The notes under the pieces: model-generated
What the model was told of the DNA's origin: nothing
Databases searched by the model: none
The model's input: the letters and a program-made list of their open reading frames with translations, nothing else
Shown: positions 18,495 to 29,536 of the stretch, piece after piece
Layout: each line of letters starts with the position of its first letter
Numbering within the stretch: the stretch's first letter is position 1
Made by a program: the position numbers and the translations under genes
Assembly (NCBI GenBank): GCA_030599585.1
Contig: JAUVNS010000005.1
Location: forward strand, 64,001 to 128,000
Direction: 5' to 3'
Source: Promethearchaeota archaeon
GTDB lineage: Archaea > Asgardarchaeota > Lokiarchaeia > Sigyniarchaeales > SOKP01
DNA: 64,000 nucleotides

Positions 18495-21116
18495 ATGAGT
18501 GAAATTTATAGAGGGGTAGAAGGAAGAGATAAGCGCTTGCGGGTTAAAGATGCATTTAAAGATGACAGTGGGCTCGGTCGAATTAGGATTGACGCTGAAT
18601 TCGTAAAAAAGTTGAAATTAAAAAACGGTGATGCAATAGAAATATCTAACCCTATTTCAAAATTAAAAACTGCTGCATTGTTATTTCCAAGTAAACCTGA
18701 AGATACTGGGACTGGTGTAATTCGGCTAGATCCATTTCTACGAAGAAATATCGATACTGCAGTGGATGATTCTGTTGAGATTCGTAAAATTAAAGTTTCT
18801 TTAGCGGAAAAGGTAGTATTCGCAGGATTAACAGAATCGGTTGTAATTAGCCCGAAGCGACTAAACTCCCTTTTAGAGAATAGAGTCCTTACTAAGAACG
18901 ATATATTAAGCTTTTACTCGTACAATAAGAAATATGATTTTATAGTTATTGATTTTTTACCAAAAACTGCCGCAGTAAGAATTCATGCTGATACGGAGAT
19001 TAAATTAAGTGAAAAAACCCATAAAGAAATTATAGAAAGAGAAAAATCAAGGGTAAGCTACGAAGATATAGGAGGATTAGCAGATGAAATTCAGAGAATT
19101 CGTGAGATGATCGAATTACCAATAAGACATCCAGAAATATTCAAAACTATCGGAATCGATCCCCCTAAAGGTGTTTTATTACATGGTCCTCCTGGAACGG
19201 GAAAAACTTTGTTAGCCAGAGCAGTTGCATTTGAAACTGACGCCCACTTTATAACTATTAGCGGTCCTGAAATCATGAGTAAATTTTATGGACAAAGCGA
19301 ACAAAATTTAAGAGATATTTTCGAGGATGCTAAAAAAAATATGCCTTCAATTATCTTTATCGACGAATTAGATTCAATTGCTCCAAAAAGAGGCGAAGTG
19401 ACTGGAGAAGTAGAAAGAAGGGTAGTAGCTCAGTTGTTATCTTTACTCGATGGATTAGAAGGGAGAGGCGAAATTATCGTCATCGGAGCTACGAACCGAG
19501 TTAATGATATAGATATCGCATTGAGAAGACCTGGTAGATTTGATAAAGAAATTGAAATAGGGGTTCCAGATACTGATGGTAGGCTAGAAATCTTGCAAAT
19601 TCATACTCGGGGTATGCCATTATTTGAAGATGTTGATTTAAGAACATTAGCAGAGAAAACCCATGGTTTCGTTGGTGCTGATGTTGAAGCATTAGCTAAA
19701 GAAGCAGCGATGTTAGCCATTAGAGAAATGCTGCCAAAGATCGATTTAGATAAACCGATTCCTTTTGAAATTTTAAGTGCTTTAAGAATTAAAATGGAGA
19801 ACTTTACTTCTGCGTTAAATAGTATCGAGCCTTCAGCATTAAGGGAAGTAGTAATTTCTCAACCCAAGGAAACATGGGAAGACGTAGGTGGGCTGGAAGA
19901 TGCTAAATTACAATTAAGAGAAGTTATCGAGTGGCCTTTTAAGTATCCTGAATTGTATAAACATTTATCTTCAAAACCTCCAAATGGAATACTACTATAT
20001 GGACCCCCTGGAAGTGGAAAAACTTTATTAGCTAAAGCACTAGCCCATGAAAGTGAAATTAACTTTATCTCAGTAAAGGGACCAGAATTTCTCTCCAAAT
20101 GGGTTGGAGAGAGCGAAAAAGCTGTAAGAGAAACCTTTAGGAAGGCAAGAGCTGCGGCTCCATGTATCGTATTCTTTGATGAAATTGACGCGATCGCAGG
20201 AATGAGAGGCAGATCTGCAAGCTCCGAGGTTACTGATCAAGTGATTTCTCAATTATTAACCGAAATGGACGGTTTAGAAGATTTAAAAGGCGTAATTTTA
20301 CTTGCAGCTACTAACAGACCTGATATGTTAGACCCTGCTTTACTTCGATCCGGCAGGTTTGGTAGGCATATCGAGATTTTTATACCTGATTTTGAAACAC
20401 GGAAGGAAATATTTAAGATTCATCTCAAGAATAAACCTTTGGCAAAGGATGTAAATTTTGATAAACTCGCTGAAGCTTTAGAAGATTATACAGGGGCAGA
20501 TATCCAAGCAATTGCTGAAGAAGCTACTTTATTAACAATTCGAAAGGCAATCCCCATTGTTAATAAGAAGAAGGTAGAATTACAAGAGCTCATGGATCAT
20601 CTGGAGCAATTAGAATCAGACTATCAAGAGCAGTTAGAGCAACATCAATTAAAGCAATCACAACTAGAGAAAGGCTATCAAGAGCAATTAGAGCAATATC
20701 AATTGAAGCAATTACAATTAGAGAAAGACTATCAAGAGCAATTAGAGCAATATCAATTGAAGCAATCACAAGTAGAGAAAGACTATCAAGAGCAATTACA
20801 ATTAAAGCAATTGCAATTAGAGAAAAACTATCAAGAGCAATTAGAGCAATTACAATTAAAGCAATCACAATTAGAGAAAGACTATCAAGAGCAATTAGAG
20901 CAATTACAATTAGAGATAATACAATTAGAGAAATCTAGTAAAGATATCAGCGAGTTAGAAGATAAAATTAAGAATGCTCGATCCAAGCTCGTAGCTAAAA
21001 TCGAGATTAAACAAGCAGAGTTCGACGAGGCAATTGATAAAATAATTAAAGGAGCAAACAGGGCGAAAAAAGTTCACGATCAATATTCAAAAGAGTCAGA
21101 GGAAATGTATAGGTAA
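18495..21116 (+). CDS. cdc48: CDC48/VAT family AAA+ ATPase with C-terminal coiled-coil repeat insertion
   Basis: N-domain; two AAA modules [31 protein letters not shown]. Confidence 0.95.
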   Translation: MSEIYRGVEGRDKRLRVKDAFKDDSGLGRIRIDAEFVKKLKLKNGDAIEISNPISKLKTAALLFPSKPEDTGTGVIRLDPFLRRNIDTAVDDSVEIRKIKVSLAEKVVFAGLTESVVISPKRLNSLLENRVLTKNDILSFYSYNKKYDFIVIDFLPKTAAVRIHADTEIKLSEKTHKEIIEREKSRVSYEDIGGLADEIQRIREMIELPIRHPEIFKTIGIDPPKGVLLHGPPGTGKTLLARAVAFETDAHFITISGPEIMSKFYGQSEQNLRDIFEDAKKNMPSIIFIDELDSIAPKRGEVTGEVERRVVAQLLSLLDGLEGRGEIIVIGATNRVNDIDIALRRPGRFDKEIEIGVPDTDGRLEILQIHTRGMPLFEDVDLRTLAEKTHGFVGADVEALAKEAAMLAIREMLPKIDLDKPIPFEILSALRIKMENFTSALNSIEPSALREVVISQPKETWEDVGGLEDAKLQLREVIEWPFKYPELYKHLSSKPPNGILLYGPPGSGKTLLAKALAHESEINFISVKGPEFLSKWVGESEKAVRETFRKARAAAPCIVFFDEIDAIAGMRGRSASSEVTDQVISQLLTEMDGLEDLKGVILLAATNRPDMLDPALLRSGRFGRHIEIFIPDFETRKEIFKIHLKNKPLAKDVNFDKLAEALEDYTGADIQAIAEEATLLTIRKAIPIVNKKKVELQELMDHLEQLESDYQEQLEQHQLKQSQLEKGYQEQLEQYQLKQLQLEKDYQEQLEQYQLKQSQVEKDYQEQLQLKQLQLEKNYQEQLEQLQLKQSQLEKDYQEQLEQLQLEIIQLEKSSKDISELEDKIKNARSKLVAKIEIKQAEFDEAIDKIIKGANRAKKVHDQYSKESEEMYR
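20622..20936 (+). repeat. Coding tandem repeat, 54-bp/18-aa unit (YQEQLEQxQLKQxQLEKx) x6, one unit 15 aa
   Basis: CTATCAAGAGCA recurs six times in frame inside cdc48. Confidence 0.95.
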
Positions 21117-21140
21117 TAAAATTTAATAACCGAAAATGAA

Positions 21141-21935
21141 GTGATGTATATGGAAATAGAAGAAAAAAATCAAAACAAACAATTCATAAGTTTAGATAAT
21201 CTATTAGAAATTTTAGGTAATCCAACTAGACGGATTATATTGTCTAAATTAGCAAAAGTTCCACATTCCGCTTCAGAATTATCTAAAATTTTAGGCATTT
21301 CGAGACAAGCCGTACACAGTCAGTTAGAAATTTTAGGTTCAAGTAATATTCTTGAGAGAATTGGAGATGAAAAGCGAGGGAGCAAATTTCGAATAAAAAG
21401 TAATCTTTCTATAAGGATTGATATTACTCCAGATTATTATAACATCCAATACAGCATGGCTCAAATCGACAGCGACGCAAAATCCATCAATCTTAAAGAC
21501 ATTGGATGCTCTATCAAATACGAAAATATTAAAACTCCAGATAATAAAATTAGATTTTTGGGGGAACAGATTAGAGATATCGAGCATAATATTAGGGATT
21601 TAGAAGGAGATAGACGTAAATTACTGCAGAATAAAGAGTGCTTTATAATCGAACTTAAGAGTATCATTAATCGAACTTACCAAAAACATTTCCTAAAACC
21701 AAAAGCTGAGGTCGAAAATTTAGAACGGGAAATTTTCTATACATTATTTTACAATCCAGTACAATTTCGTAAAAGAATTAGCATAGATAATCTCATGGAT
21801 AGATTATTCTTTTCAGATCTAGATCCGTTTACCAGAGAATCTAAAATAGGAGACGTTAAAAGCCTTCTAAGGGATATGTCATCATTCATGGATTTTCTTT
21901 GGGAGGATGATGATGATTGGTTCTTTGATTTTTAA
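21141..21935 (+). CDS. ArsR-family wHTH transcriptional regulator with coiled coil (Phr/HSR1-like context)
   Basis: ILGNPTRRIILSKL...SELSKILGISRQAVHSQL. Confidence 0.8.
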   Translation: MMYMEIEEKNQNKQFISLDNLLEILGNPTRRIILSKLAKVPHSASELSKILGISRQAVHSQLEILGSSNILERIGDEKRGSKFRIKSNLSIRIDITPDYYNIQYSMAQIDSDAKSINLKDIGCSIKYENIKTPDNKIRFLGEQIRDIEHNIRDLEGDRRKLLQNKECFIIELKSIINRTYQKHFLKPKAEVENLEREIFYTLFYNPVQFRKRISIDNLMDRLFFSDLDPFTRESKIGDVKSLLRDMSSFMDFLWEDDDDWFFDF

Positions 21936-22001
21936 AGCCGGATTAGTTACATTATTTGTTTTTATTCAATTTTAAAAAATAGTATCATTAGGAAGAGATA
22001 T

Positions 22002-22502
22002 ATGAACCTTAGGGATCTAAAGCAGGAAATGCCCGAAATATTTGAAACCGTTAAGAAAGATGTTAGACAGATATTAGGGCGTCATCGTGCGGGTTTGAGT
22101 TTAGGACTTGCCGAAATGGGAATGTTCCAAGGTGGATTTATAGGAGGAATGCATTTTCACCCTGGCACAGATATAGTAATGAATACTTCTCCTTTGAAGA
22201 TCATTTTAAAAACACAATCAGACGATATTGTTTGGGCATACACTTATCACATTCTACTTCACGAATACATCCATTCCCTTGGTGTTATTGATGAACGGCA
22301 GTGTAGAACTATTACGCTTAATATTAGTGAGGAAATTTTTAAAGACAACGACCATCCTGCACTAATACTCGCAAAAAGCGGAATTGGCGTATTTATACCC
22401 GATTTGAAAATTGTCTTTGTACCTCCTGAACGGCGTCCAGATGGTATGCTTATTGAATATGTATATGGTTTTGATAGAGAAAGTCAATCTTATTTTTCTT
22501 AA
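22002..22502 (+). CDS. Putative zinc metallopeptidase-like protein
   Basis: HEYIH motif. Confidence 0.6.
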   Translation: MNLRDLKQEMPEIFETVKKDVRQILGRHRAGLSLGLAEMGMFQGGFIGGMHFHPGTDIVMNTSPLKIILKTQSDDIVWAYTYHILLHEYIHSLGVIDERQCRTITLNISEEIFKDNDHPALILAKSGIGVFIPDLKIVFVPPERRPDGMLIEYVYGFDRESQSYFS

Positions 22503-22598
22503 ATTATATTGCTAATTTTGTTTAAGAGTTAAAATTAATTAATCAGCACAATTTAAATTAATTAGAAAAGTTTTAAATACATTCTCGGGAGAATCAAA

Positions 22599-23672
22599 AT
22601 TACTGAATCTTCAGATCAAGATAAATTAGATCAAGATAAAGAAGAAGAGATAGAAAAAACTTTAGATGTAGCTGGAGATCAGTTAGTTTTAAATTGGCAA
22701 TATAAGGATGTTAAGAAGAAACTAACGTACGATATTAAAAAATGTATCGGGTGCAGTTTATGTAAACTTGTCTGCCCGGTTGACGCCATTGAACTTGGCC
22801 CAATCCCAGAAATTGCCCAAAATATATTGGACGATTCAAACCCTAAACTCTTTATTGATCACGATAAATGTTGTTATTGCATGCTATGCGTCGTTGTTTG
22901 CCCCACCGATGCGTTCCATGAAAATATTGAGCCAGAAGGACAAATTGTTATGGATGAGTTTCCTACTATAGAGAAATTCTATGAAATCAATTTTGATAAG
23001 TGTACAGAAGATAAGGAAAATAAAATTTGTCAATTATGCTTAACAGTAAGGGAAAGGAATCACATCCAAGAGTATTTTAAAATTTCAAAAGAATGCCCTG
23101 CTGATTGTTTTTCTATCAATACTCCAATCGAAGGAGAAGTGGTTATTAAGAAAAACATGTTACATAAATGCGATCCACAAGGTTGTAAAGCTTGCGTTAA
23201 TATCTGCCCCGTAGAATCTTTTTATATTCCTGAGAGTGCTGTAGATGTCCTAAAATATGGTAAGATTGCGTGTAACGAAAAAGAATGTTTTTATTGCGGA
23301 GCATGCGAAAACTCTTGCCCTGACGATTTAATTATTGTTAAAAGGAAAAATATTCAAATTAAAGATCCGAAAAAAAGCGAGCCTTATCCTTGGATAGAAG
23401 GTTGGGTCAAGAATATTGAAGAAGTATTAAGAAAAGCTCTTACTGAAGGAAAAGAGCAAATAGAAATCCCATCTATCGAAGAACATATTAGAAAAATCAG
23501 CAAGTCAAAAATTGAAAAAGTTCCTCAGCTATCTGAGGAGGATAAACTAATATTAAAAGAACTTAATGGTAAAATTCAATCCCTATTACAATCCTCAAAA
23601 ATAAGATATTGGATTAAGGATAAAAAAGTAGATAACATTCTCAAAGAATTAAAAAAAAAAATCCAAAAATAA
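22599..23672 (+). CDS. Polyferredoxin (FwdF-like); start extended to ATT at 22599
   Basis: Several CxxCxxCxxxCP motifs; in-frame CIGCSLCKLVCP lies upstream of the ORF-track start; GGGAGA SD; in-frame TAG at 22563. Confidence 0.75.
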   Translation: MTESSDQDKLDQDKEEEIEKTLDVAGDQLVLNWQYKDVKKKLTYDIKKCIGCSLCKLVCPVDAIELGPIPEIAQNILDDSNPKLFIDHDKCCYCMLCVVVCPTDAFHENIEPEGQIVMDEFPTIEKFYEINFDKCTEDKENKICQLCLTVRERNHIQEYFKISKECPADCFSINTPIEGEVVIKKNMLHKCDPQGCKACVNICPVESFYIPESAVDVLKYGKIACNEKECFYCGACENSCPDDLIIVKRKNIQIKDPKKSEPYPWIEGWVKNIEEVLRKALTEGKEQIEIPSIEEHIRKISKSKIEKVPQLSEEDKLILKELNGKIQSLLQSSKIRYWIKDKKVDNILKELKKKIQK

Positions 23673-23709
23673 TTAATATGCTTAATTATGAGAACTGAGT
23701 GAAAATGGA

Positions 23710-24045
23710 TTGGAAAACATCAACAATAATGAAACAGTCATAATTGAAATACTGGAAACAGTTAAAGGGTTAATTCTAGAACCAAGAACCGACATTTCGT
23801 GGTCAACATTTGACAGTAAAAATGATTTGATTTTTGAAATAGATGCTCATATCCAAAAATTAAAACTCAGAGATTTTTCAAAAGTTAAAGACCTTATCCT
23901 TCTATTTGCACCCACATCAGATTTTCAAGAAATTTCACTGTCCAGTGGATGGAGTAATCATTATTTAAACATTTCTGAGAGATTTGATATTGCTATCAAA
24001 GGTTTATGTAAAAAATATAATTTAAAACCGTTTTTTGGTATATAG
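23710..24045 (+). CDS. Hypothetical protein
   Basis: 111-aa ORF co-oriented with neighbours. Confidence 0.65.
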   Translation: MENINNNETVIIEILETVKGLILEPRTDISWSTFDSKNDLIFEIDAHIQKLKLRDFSKVKDLILLFAPTSDFQEISLSSGWSNHYLNISERFDIAIKGLCKKYNLKPFFGI

Positions 24046-24183
24046 ATTTCGTTTTTTTTTGCCCTTTATATTAAAATTTGGAAAATTTTTATCGAAATTA
24101 AAAATATCCTCGTTTTTATAATTAGAGTTAGATGTATGGTTAATTCATAAAAGAAAATAGAAATATATTTCCCGTCAATTAGC

Positions 24184-24471
24184 ATGATACTAAAATTAAA
24201 AATAAAATCAAATAACAAAACAAAAAAGAAGCAAATTTTTGTTTGGATTGAAAAGAATAAAGCGTTTAAAGAAGATGTCCAGCAATTAATAGACTTCTTT
24301 AAAGATCAGATTCAAGTAAAAAAGAGGATTGGGCGCCATGTATATTACAAAATTACATCAGATAATCCCGCAATAATGTTATCTCTTCTTACAACAGTTC
24401 AAGATTTAATTCCTGATATCTATTTCAATAGTAATCAATCTGTCGATGTTGAAGAATTTCCCAAAATTTAA
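24184..24471 (+). CDS. Hypothetical protein
   Basis: 95-aa ATG ORF. Confidence 0.65.
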   Translation: MILKLKIKSNNKTKKKQIFVWIEKNKAFKEDVQQLIDFFKDQIQVKKRIGRHVYYKITSDNPAIMLSLLTTVQDLIPDIYFNSNQSVDVEEFPKI

Positions 24472-24554
24472 CTCTCTTTCTTTAATGCGAGAATTACCTA
24501 TTTTTTTGAGTGTAGCTTTAGCGTAACTAATCCAAATAAGAAAAATCATAAAAA

Positions 24555-24628
24555 TGGGAGAGGGGGGATTTGAACCCCCGGCCACCTGGTCCCAAACCAG
24601 GAATCATACCAAGCTAGACCACCCTCCC
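24555..24628 (-). tRNA. tRNA-Pro(UGG), intronless, CCA not encoded
   Basis: GGGAGGG/UCUCCC acceptor stem, CCUGG-UU(UGG)GA-CCAGG anticodon arm, GGUUCAAAUCC T-arm. Confidence 0.97.
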
Positions 24629-24820
24629 GTTAAATCTGTGAAGGAATTTGATATTTTAATTAAGAAAAATAAGATCAAAAAATATCTAATAAAGATACAA
24701 ATATTTTTTCGATTTTTAATTTTTTTATTTCTTTATTCCATCTATTAGTAGTTTTTGTTAAATCATATAAAGTAGTTTATATTTAAATTCCTTAGGAAAT
24801 CTCTTACACTTAGTTTTGAA

Positions 24821-25387
24821 ATGAAGAAAATAATTTACTTACAGAAAATTGGAGATATTGATCCTGGGATATTAATAGTATTAAAAAAAGATTTGAAGTG
24901 GTTCTTTAAAAAATATAACATCAAAGTTGTTATCCTTCCTGATCAGTTTTCAGTGTTGGCTTCCGAGTATGACTCCGAAGAGAGAAAATACGATGCGATA
25001 CAAGTTAAAAAAAGGTTAATCACTCATGGTAAGAATAAAAATTATTATCGCATTCTGGGGGTTATGAATATTGATATTTCGACCAAAGCTTCTAAGTTTT
25101 TATATGGTGTTGCTGATCTGCCTAAAAATAAGTCTTTTGGAGTGGCACTAATTTCAGTTATTCGTTTAAGAGATGAATTTTATGGATGGACGGAAAATAC
25201 AGCTCAATTTGAGCAAAGGGTCCTCAAAGAAGCAATTCACGAGCTTGGTCACACTTTTGGCTTAAAACATTGCGAAAATCTATGTGTGATGCGATCTTCA
25301 AACTCTTTAGTAGATACTGATCAAAAACCGCCAAAATTTTGCGAAAAATGTGCTAATAGAATTGACATCTTTATAGATAGTTTTTAG
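24821..25387 (+). CDS. amzA: Archaemetzincin (peptidase M54)
   Basis: HELGHTFGLKHC..CVM and FCxxC. Confidence 0.9.
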   Translation: MKKIIYLQKIGDIDPGILIVLKKDLKWFFKKYNIKVVILPDQFSVLASEYDSEERKYDAIQVKKRLITHGKNKNYYRILGVMNIDISTKASKFLYGVADLPKNKSFGVALISVIRLRDEFYGWTENTAQFEQRVLKEAIHELGHTFGLKHCENLCVMRSSNSLVDTDQKPPKFCEKCANRIDIFIDSF

Positions 25388-26399
25388 TAGAATTTGTTTT
25401 ATATCTCTCTTTGAATTTTAACCATAGTTCTTCCCCAATTTTTAAGATATCTTTGTACCCTCTTACTAATTGTATCAGATCACGGGGTATATTTCCTTTA
25501 CCGAAATAAGCTCCTGCTAAGCTACCTCCTATAGCCCCCACAGTATCACTATCACCGCCTGCGGTCGATAATTGGAAAATGCACTCTTCGAATGAATTTA
25601 AATATTTTAAAAAGATGAAAATTGCGCAAGCTACAGTGCTCAGAGTGTAAGGATGAACAAATGCTTTACCTAAATAGTCTTCGATAAAATAAGGTGATTT
25701 TACGCCCGCTTGAGAGAATTTGATTAACCCGGCTTCTAAAGAGATGTTAAGATTATTCTTTACTTTATTTAAAATCTCTATAAATTCATCCCATATTTCT
25801 TCTCTCGAATTAGAGATAGGAGAAATAATAACATCAAAAAAATTATCAACTGAAAACCCTGTTTCTATTGTTTTATCTATTAAAAAAGCAATTGCTCGTG
25901 CGATCACTATCGCCCCTGCAGAAGCTGCTGGATGAGAATGAGTAATAGTACTTGAATGTAATGCGAAATTCGTTAGATTTTTTATATCTCTATTGTAAAA
26001 TAATCCAATAGGTGAAACTCTCATAGTTGTACCGTTTCCTCCTGAATTTGAAGCGGCCTTTTTCCACGGAATCCCGTATTTTAGTTTTTGAATCGACGAG
26101 ATACATCCAAATCCGGGACCTATAGGAGGGTCTTCAAGCCACTTGACATATTCTCTGATAATATAGTCTTCATTAAAACCAGATCCTTGAATAAGCGCTT
26201 TTGCTGTGTGTAATGTTAATTGAGTGTCATCAGTATAAGTATTAAATAACTTTTTATTACTTATTATAAATTCTTTAAAGTCACTAAAGCGGGAGTATAT
26301 TTGTTCCCTAAGAATCCCTTCAAAAGGATGACCTAATGTATCTCCTACTGCAACACTAATAAGACACCCTTGAAATTTATCTAAATAATCAGTCTTCAT
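25371..26399 (-). CDS. ADP-ribosylglycohydrolase family protein
   Basis: GDTLG, YTDDTQ, GNGTTMR, GGDSDT. Confidence 0.92.
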   Translation of the reverse strand: MKTDYLDKFQGCLISVAVGDTLGHPFEGILREQIYSRFSDFKEFIISNKKLFNTYTDDTQLTLHTAKALIQGSGFNEDYIIREYVKWLEDPPIGPGFGCISSIQKLKYGIPWKKAASNSGGNGTTMRVSPIGLFYNRDIKNLTNFALHSSTITHSHPAASAGAIVIARAIAFLIDKTIETGFSVDNFFDVIISPISNSREEIWDEFIEILNKVKNNLNISLEAGLIKFSQAGVKSPYFIEDYLGKAFVHPYTLSTVACAIFIFLKYLNSFEECIFQLSTAGGDSDTVGAIGGSLAGAYFGKGNIPRDLIQLVRGYKDILKIGEELWLKFKERYKTNSTKNYL

Positions 26400-26625
26400 A
26401 GTTAAAAATGAACTTTATAAAAAAATCATAATTAACTTCTTATTTAATTTTATTCTTAAATTTCAACACTTTCTCTACGGTTGAATTATTAGTATTTGTA
26501 AACGGGATTGTAATATAAGGTGTAGTTTATGACTAGTTTAGCAATAATCCTTATAAATGTCTTTTACCTAATTAAGAGATAATCACTAATTTTTATTTAT
26601 ATTTACAGAACAAGGATATTTAGTT

Positions 26626-27525
26626 ATGAAAAAATTAGATAAGTTACGAAATGTAATTACGGCAATGATTACTCCTTTTAATGAAGATCTAACCATCGAC
26701 GAACCAAAATATCGTGAATTCATCAGATTTCAGATACAAAATGGCTGTCAACCACTAACTATGGGCACCACGGGAGAATCCGCAACCCTTTCTCACAAAG
26801 AACACCATATTGCTATGGATATTACTGTTGATGAGGGCAAAAAGAGCGGAAAAGATCCCTTTGTTTTGGCAGGTGCTGGGAGCAACTCAACTAAAGAAGC
26901 AATTTCTCTCTGTCAATATGCTGAAAATGCAGGAGCAGACGGGTGTTTAGTAGTTGTACCGTATTATAACAAACCTGTCCAGCATTCATTAATCGATCAT
27001 TTTTCTGCAATAGCAGATTCAGTTTCTTTACCGATTATTCTTTATAATGTTCCCGGTCGAACGGGGCGTAATTTGGAACCTGAAACCGTATCCAAATTAG
27101 CTTATAAAAAAGACAACATAGTTGGGATTAAATGTGCGAGTGGGAATATAGATCAAATTACGAAGTTTATAAAAACAACACCAGATGATTTCATAGTACT
27201 TAGTGGTGATGATGGAATGACATTTCATATAATGGCTCTAGGTGGTAAAGGTGTTGTAAGCGTGGCGTCAAATATCATACCTGCTAAGTTAATGGATTTC
27301 ACAAACACAATGCTGAATGGAAAATGGGAGCGAGCGAGAGAAATGCAATTAGAGCTTTTTGATATTTTTAAGATATTATTCGTTGAAACCAATCCCGCTC
27401 CCGTGAAACTTTCCGCTGAATTGATGGGTATAATGAATAAAAGGATGAGATTACCTTTAACGCCACCTTTGGAAGAAAATCAAGAAAAAATAAAAGCAGT
27501 ATTGAGAAGTTTAAATTTAATCTAA
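26626..27525 (+). CDS. dapA: 4-hydroxy-tetrahydrodipicolinate synthase
   Basis: GTTGES, PYYNKP, YNVPGRT, GIK, SGDD, ETNPAPVK. Confidence 0.95.
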   Translation: MKKLDKLRNVITAMITPFNEDLTIDEPKYREFIRFQIQNGCQPLTMGTTGESATLSHKEHHIAMDITVDEGKKSGKDPFVLAGAGSNSTKEAISLCQYAENAGADGCLVVVPYYNKPVQHSLIDHFSAIADSVSLPIILYNVPGRTGRNLEPETVSKLAYKKDNIVGIKCASGNIDQITKFIKTTPDDFIVLSGDDGMTFHIMALGGKGVVSVASNIIPAKLMDFTNTMLNGKWERAREMQLELFDIFKILFVETNPAPVKLSAELMGIMNKRMRLPLTPPLEENQEKIKAVLRSLNLI

Positions 27526-27551
27526 TTGCCAAACATAATCGAGTTGTTAAA

Positions 27552-28373
27552 ATGATAAAATTATTAATATTAGGGCCTTCTGGAGCAACCGGAAGATTAA
27601 TTTCTTCATTAGCGTTGACCGACGATGAAATTAATGTAGTAGCGGCGTGTGATCTTGCGCATATAGGTGAAGATCTAGGGTCCTTGTTAGCATCTCCTAA
27701 CCCTGATAATATAAAGATCAAAGACGTAAATCAGCTTCAAGAAATCATTGATGAAACTAATCCAGATGTGGTTGTAGATTTTACAATCGCGAGTGCAACA
27801 GAAAAAAACTGTAGAATCTGCGTTAAGAATGGAATCAGATGTGTAATTGGAACAACTGCCATGTCGAAGGAATTCTTGGAGGATTTTGAAGAACTCGTAG
27901 AAAAGCATAATGCTCCTTCAATAATATCACCAAATATGGCAACTGGAGTAAATGTTCTGTTTAAAATTGCTGGAATTTTGACGAACTATTTAAATGAATG
28001 GGATATTGAAGTAATTGAAGCCCATCATCATAGAAAAATGGATTCACCTAGTGGTACTGCCTTGAAAATTGGAGAAGTTATAAGTAAAGCTCTAGATGTT
28101 GATTTAAATGCAATTGCTAAGTTCGGACGCAATAAAGGTCCAAATAAACGCTTAGTTGGAGCTAAAAACGAAATAGGGATCCATTCAGTTAGGGGTGGTG
28201 ATATTGTTGGCGACCACACTATTTTATTTGCAGGATCAGGGGAACGCATTGAATTAAAGCATCAAGCCCATAACAGAACATGTTTTGCTACAGGCGCTAT
28301 TAAAGCTATTAAATTTATCTCTCAAGCTACAGAAAATAGGATTTATAGTACAAACGATGTATTAGGTTTGTGA
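27552..28373 (+). CDS. dapB: 4-hydroxy-tetrahydrodipicolinate reductase
   Basis: DFT, GTT, EAHHHRKMDSPSGTA, RGGDIVGDH. Confidence 0.95.
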   Translation: MIKLLILGPSGATGRLISSLALTDDEINVVAACDLAHIGEDLGSLLASPNPDNIKIKDVNQLQEIIDETNPDVVVDFTIASATEKNCRICVKNGIRCVIGTTAMSKEFLEDFEELVEKHNAPSIISPNMATGVNVLFKIAGILTNYLNEWDIEVIEAHHHRKMDSPSGTALKIGEVISKALDVDLNAIAKFGRNKGPNKRLVGAKNEIGIHSVRGGDIVGDHTILFAGSGERIELKHQAHNRTCFATGAIKAIKFISQATENRIYSTNDVLGL

Positions 28374-28527
28374 GAGAGATAAAATTATAAAAGATCAGGG
28401 CAGATCAGTCTTATCATCAATCTATATTATACAGATTTCATATTGCCAACTCTTCATTTAGAAGGTTTAAAGGGTATCCAGTCCTTAAAGCTTCCTTATT
28501 TATAATTCTATCTCGTGATAATAAATG

Positions 28528-29496
28528 TTATAAAAGATTTAATTCTTTTTTCTTTTTCCACATTCGATCAGTTAATATTAGTACAATCATGATTCCTAAT
28601 TGAATTAAATCTGATGCAAGAGTCGAAGGTAAGAATTCATATGTTATATTTCCAATCGTATGCATTAACGCAGTAGCTAAAACGCTTCCTCCAGTACGAT
28701 TATAAAGCCAAGTAAGAATTATGGCTATTTTTATTGTGTTTAATAAAAAAATACCAAATTGAGAACCATATTGAGGTAGGTATATAGGCGCATGCCAAAA
28801 CCCCCATATTAAACCTAAAATTATACTTGCGATAAGAGGTGAAAATTTTGTTTGCAATCTTGGTAATGCAAAACCACGCCATCCAGGTTCTTCGTTAGTT
28901 CCTGCACCATAGAAAAATGTGTACATAAAAGTAATAGCTATTAATCCGATAAGTTCAAGACCAATAGGTAAGCTTATCCAGTAAACATCTTGACCTAGAG
29001 ATAATGTAAAAATAGTACCTAGTAGAAGAGAACTGGGTATCAATAGAATTGCTATGAGATACCAAACAAAGTGTCCTTTTGGCTTTATATATGATCGAAA
29101 AACCATTTTGACATCAGGGTTATTTGAAAAACCAGATGATATCACAAGTGCTGGTAATAACCCTAAAAAAATAGCTCCCACTATGATTACAATTGATAAA
29201 TCCATTGTTCTTATGTTTATGATAAACGTTAGTGTAGCTATTATCCATACTACTGTAAATATAGCCCACTTTAATTTTTTCCTACTGTCATTTTGCTGAA
29301 GACCAGTCATTCTTGAAATAATTAACGCAGTAATTGCAGGTGCGTAGATACCAATAAAAATTAAAAGTTGACTAATTACATTGAGAAATAGTAAATAAAT
29401 GAAGAAAAAGACCCATGAGATTATAAAAGTGAAAAGAAAGAAAGTAAGAAGAGGGTATTTTTTAATATAACTTATTGAATTAGCTATATCTATCAC
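28528..29496 (-). CDS. CPBP (CAAX/Abi) intramembrane glutamic protease
   Basis: EEPGWRG, WGFWH, HTIGN motifs; many TMs. Confidence 0.9.
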   Translation of the reverse strand: MIDIANSISYIKKYPLLTFFLFTFIISWVFFFIYLLFLNVISQLLIFIGIYAPAITALIISRMTGLQQNDSRKKLKWAIFTVVWIIATLTFIINIRTMDLSIVIIVGAIFLGLLPALVISSGFSNNPDVKMVFRSYIKPKGHFVWYLIAILLIPSSLLLGTIFTLSLGQDVYWISLPIGLELIGLIAITFMYTFFYGAGTNEEPGWRGFALPRLQTKFSPLIASIILGLIWGFWHAPIYLPQYGSQFGIFLLNTIKIAIILTWLYNRTGGSVLATALMHTIGNITYEFLPSTLASDLIQLGIMIVLILTDRMWKKKKELNLL

Positions 29497-29536
29497 ACTT
29501 TTAACATTTTTATTATTCTATTATAATAAATACATG

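Noticed and set aside
20590-20868. Hydrophobic repetitive ORF on the minus strand
   Set aside because: Antisense reading of the cdc48 coding repeat.
20622-20936. Possible CRISPR array
   Set aside because: Units are contiguous, in frame and coding, with no unique spacers; no cas genes in the window.
24554-24748. 64-aa ORF MGEGGFEPPATWSQTR...
   Set aside because: Antisense shadow of tRNA-Pro.
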